A stretch of DNA of 61,979 bases, the filler included. It is 21 parts of 21 records of this genome, joined end to end, with 100 filler letters (N's around TTAATTAATTAA, not from the genome) between each part and the next. Parts side by side here need not be neighbours in the genome. Positions count along the whole stretch, not along the records: positions 59,186 to 61,979 come from SRR36015645_105526; 20 more parts are not named here. One strand, written 5' to 3'. Under the pieces are notes generated by a model. The model ran no database searches. It was not told where the DNA came from and worked only from the letters and a program-made list of their open reading frames with translations. The position numbers and the translations under genes were made by a program. Below, piece by piece: positions 59,526 to 61,979 of this stretch (the stretch's first letter is position 1; each line of letters begins with the position of its first letter).

Positions 59526-61979
59526 TTACAAATATGGTTGCCAGCCAGGGTAGATGCGACACAAGTTCTTCACATCCCTCGCTTCCTGAATCAACAGGTT
59601 AACCTGACCGTTGATACTGAACGCTATCCCATTCTCGACACCCGTCAGTTTCTGTTCCAGACGCATGAGTGCCCGTTCTGCCAGCTTGTTCTTTTGCTGT
59701 TCCTTATCTTCGTTCCCGCCCATCGTCGTGTCGAATAAAGAACAGCGACTTTCGTCTGCCTGTTGGATCACCGCTGCTTTGCTGGTTGTCATCGTCCAAT
59801 TGTGAAGTGGATCGTACAGCAACACTTCCAAAATTGTGATTATTGCTTCACGGTTTTGGCGCATCACTTCCATTGTTTTTTCACAGCATCGCTGAAACAC
59901 ACCCTCAACACCAGAAACGCCCATACCATCGACAATGTCGCGGGTTAAGCGAAACGCCACTGTTTCGGGTGTGGGCAGAATTTTTCCCTGCTCGAAAGCG
60001 ACGCCCAGATCAATGTGGATGAGTTCACCGGTGCGGCAGTCGACCAGAATGTTTTGTACATGGCGATCACCGAGTCCCAAAACGTAGCCAACTATCGAAG
60101 ACACCGCTACACTTCTCGTATAGGCCATTCGCCGCTCAAACCATCTGGCAGGCTCTGGGAAATACTCCATGAAAAAATAACGGAAAACGGGGTGCAAATT
60201 TCTACAAACATCAAGGTACGCAGTAAGTCGATCACTTCCAGATTTTATTGCACCATCGAGTTTCTTTCGACAGTCGATTGCCTTCAAACCCTTTGGATAG
60301 TAACGCACATGAGCTCCATCTTTGCCTATCAAATAGTTCCCAATCGAAATTGTTCCTTCACAAAACTGTAGCACACCACTCGTTCTACTCAGTGGTATCA
60401 CCTTGTACTGTCGCATGTGTAGCTTTCTCTTCCTCGTTTCTTGATTCCGGTGCAACAAATCATTGACAAATCCGAATACTTGCTGCATTACAGCATCCTG
60501 GCGCATATCATCTTTACCCTTTACCAACTGCTTGTACGACTTTCCATCAGATCCCACGCAGGTGATGATTTTCGGCAAATTCAGGCCACCAGCAAGTTGA
60601 AATTGGCGCTCAAATCTGGCCACGTACGCAAAATTGTCATAATTGCACGTTGGATCTATCTGAATGTTGGCAGTCATGATGGGCACTTCATGTAAGTCGT
60701 TAATCTGCATTAATTTCAGTTTATTCGGAAGTCGGATTGGTTTAGTCTCATGTTTGTGTTCGCTAACATTAATGTTAGCCAGTTCTATATAAGCATCGCA
60801 CAACTGTTCGGTCTGATTAATGATTGCCAATAGCTTCCTGGAATTTTGACTTTTGCCTACTTTTAAATTTTCGAGCAAATTTTTAGCTGCAAGAACGCGA
60901 TCGTCTTCAACCAAATCCTGCGATTTAGACCGGCCCTTCGCATGCATCCTCGATATAATGGCATCTTTATTTGCATTGGCCAGTGCCAGTATAACCAATA
61001 GTGCATGGTGCGGATGATCTACAGTGGTTCTTTCTACGATGGCATCCAAAGTGGATTGAAAATCGTTCTTCTGGGTACTCAGCCGAGCTGCAAGCTGGTA
61101 CATGAGCGAAACAAACTTATAAGTTTTTATACCCTGCATGTTATTGCACATCAGTTCATTCACCGTGGAATTTTCACTGTTATGAAACCACAAAGACATG
61201 AGGCGAAAAATTCTAGTGTCGTGGCTATCACCGGACTGCAAGCACTTGATGTAATTATAAATGGCCTTCTCCAGATAGTACAGCTTGTCGTTTGTAGTTT
61301 GTTTGAGTTCCTGCTCGTCAAGGTTGCATTGTCTGTCGAGTATGCTCAGATGTGTAGATCTACCCAAGTGTCTAATACTGTCTGCATCGGCTCGACACTT
61401 TTTAATCAGCTCCTGTTTTGCTTCGTATGTGTCAGAGTTCATGTAGTTGACAATTCTTTGGTATTGGCTGTCGGCATATCTCGCCAATGCTAGATATGTG
61501 TCTACTGAATCAGATGGAGTAGTCAATGCTTCAGATTCCATTAGGTTGATTGACCGCTGAAAGTACTTCTCGATTATGACTGATGGTGTTTCCGTTCTTG
61601 ATTCGGCCAACCAACTCCCGTACTGGCCCAGAGCCTGCGCTAAGAGTAACTTGTCATCACACTCTGCTGTCTGTGATACCGAGTCAAGATCTTTTATAAC
61701 GCTTTTCGTCAGATACTTTGCTACTTCATACTCTTCACGATTCCAAAACATTTTCGCTTCTTCCACGCGTAGTGACGAGGCCTTGATTTTCCCACTCTTA
61801 GCTAATTCTTTCAAATCTGCAACGGTCCGTTCTGCAATTTGAAATCTCTTTGCTGCTATGGAAATTTTCAGCCTTGTCTCCAAGTGTTTTGCTAAAGCTA
61901 TGTTACATTGCTCACTTGGTGGTAATAGTTTTAGTAGAGTGCATCGTAAAGACACTATCGGTTCTGCAAAAGCATATTC
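59526..61979 (-). CDS. ATM: Serine-protein kinase ATM, C-terminal FAT-kinase-FATC region, 5'-partial
   Basis: YQLAARL, DHPHH, AGGLNLPK, QLVKGKDDMRQDAVMQQVF, GLGDRHVQNIL, HIDLGVAFEQGKILPTPETV, LLYDPL, FATC NLCRIYPGWQPYL*. Frame is open to the window end. Confidence 0.96.
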   Translation of the reverse strand, partial: EYAFAEPIVSLRCTLLKLLPPSEQCNIALAKHLETRLKISIAAKRFQIAERTVADLKELAKSGKIKASSLRVEEAKMFWNREEYEVAKYLTKSVIKDLDSVSQTAECDDKLLLAQALGQYGSWLAESRTETPSVIIEKYFQRSINLMESEALTTPSDSVDTYLALARYADSQYQRIVNYMNSDTYEAKQELIKKCRADADSIRHLGRSTHLSILDRQCNLDEQELKQTTNDKLYYLEKAIYNYIKCLQSGDSHDTRIFRLMSLWFHNSENSTVNELMCNNMQGIKTYKFVSLMYQLAARLSTQKNDFQSTLDAIVERTTVDHPHHALLVILALANANKDAIISRMHAKGRSKSQDLVEDDRVLAAKNLLENLKVGKSQNSRKLLAIINQTEQLCDAYIELANINVSEHKHETKPIRLPNKLKLMQINDLHEVPIMTANIQIDPTCNYDNFAYVARFERQFQLAGGLNLPKIITCVGSDGKSYKQLVKGKDDMRQDAVMQQVFGFVNDLLHRNQETRKRKLHMRQYKVIPLSRTSGVLQFCEGTISIGNYLIGKDGAHVRYYPKGLKAIDCRKKLDGAIKSGSDRLTAYLDVCRNLHPVFRYFFMEYFPEPARWFERRMAYTRSVAVSSIVGYVLGLGDRHVQNILVDCRTGELIHIDLGVAFEQGKILPTPETVAFRLTRDIVDGMGVSGVEGVFQRCCEKTMEVMRQNREAIITILEVLLYDPLHNWTMTTSKAAVIQQADESRCSLFDTTMGGNEDKEQQKNKLAERALMRLEQKLTGVENGIAFSINGQVNLLIQEARDVKNLCRIYPGWQPYL

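Noticed and set aside
1-61979. Apparent clustering of many elements and genes as one island or system
   Set aside because: The contigs are concatenated, so neighbourhood across spacers is not biological.

Overview
This window is not a contiguous locus. It is 21 short contigs (about 2-5.6 kb) joined by an artificial 100-nt spacer (N44-TTAATTAATTAA-N44), so adjacency across spacers carries no meaning. The content is eukaryotic, very likely a marine invertebrate, and is dominated by transposable elements. Retroelements: four L1/Tx1 LINE fragments, RTEX/CR1-type LINE fragments, a Penelope-like element, Copia (GalEa-like), BEL/Pao and DIRS/Ngaro elements. DNA transposases: an AcademX element with inverted repeats, a Mutator-like/Kolobok-type gene and two hAT-related genes. 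Host sequence includes an intronless 3' part of ATM, a large exon of a CNGK-like K+ channel, a secreted Cys-rich protein, a 27-bp minisatellite and a GC-rich promoter. Two observations stand out. (1) A DDE-type transposase has a hidden spliced last exon that completes a Spindlin (Spin/Ssty) Tudor-like domain with the methyl-lysine aromatic cage apparently intact, a candidate chromatin-reading transposase. (2) Three separate retroelements (one Penelope-like, two RTEX-like LINEs) have ORF2 overlapping ORF1 in the -1 frame with an in-register slippery heptamer and no suitable ATG, suggesting programmed -1 ribosomal frameshifting. All family calls come from motif recognition by eye; no searches were run.
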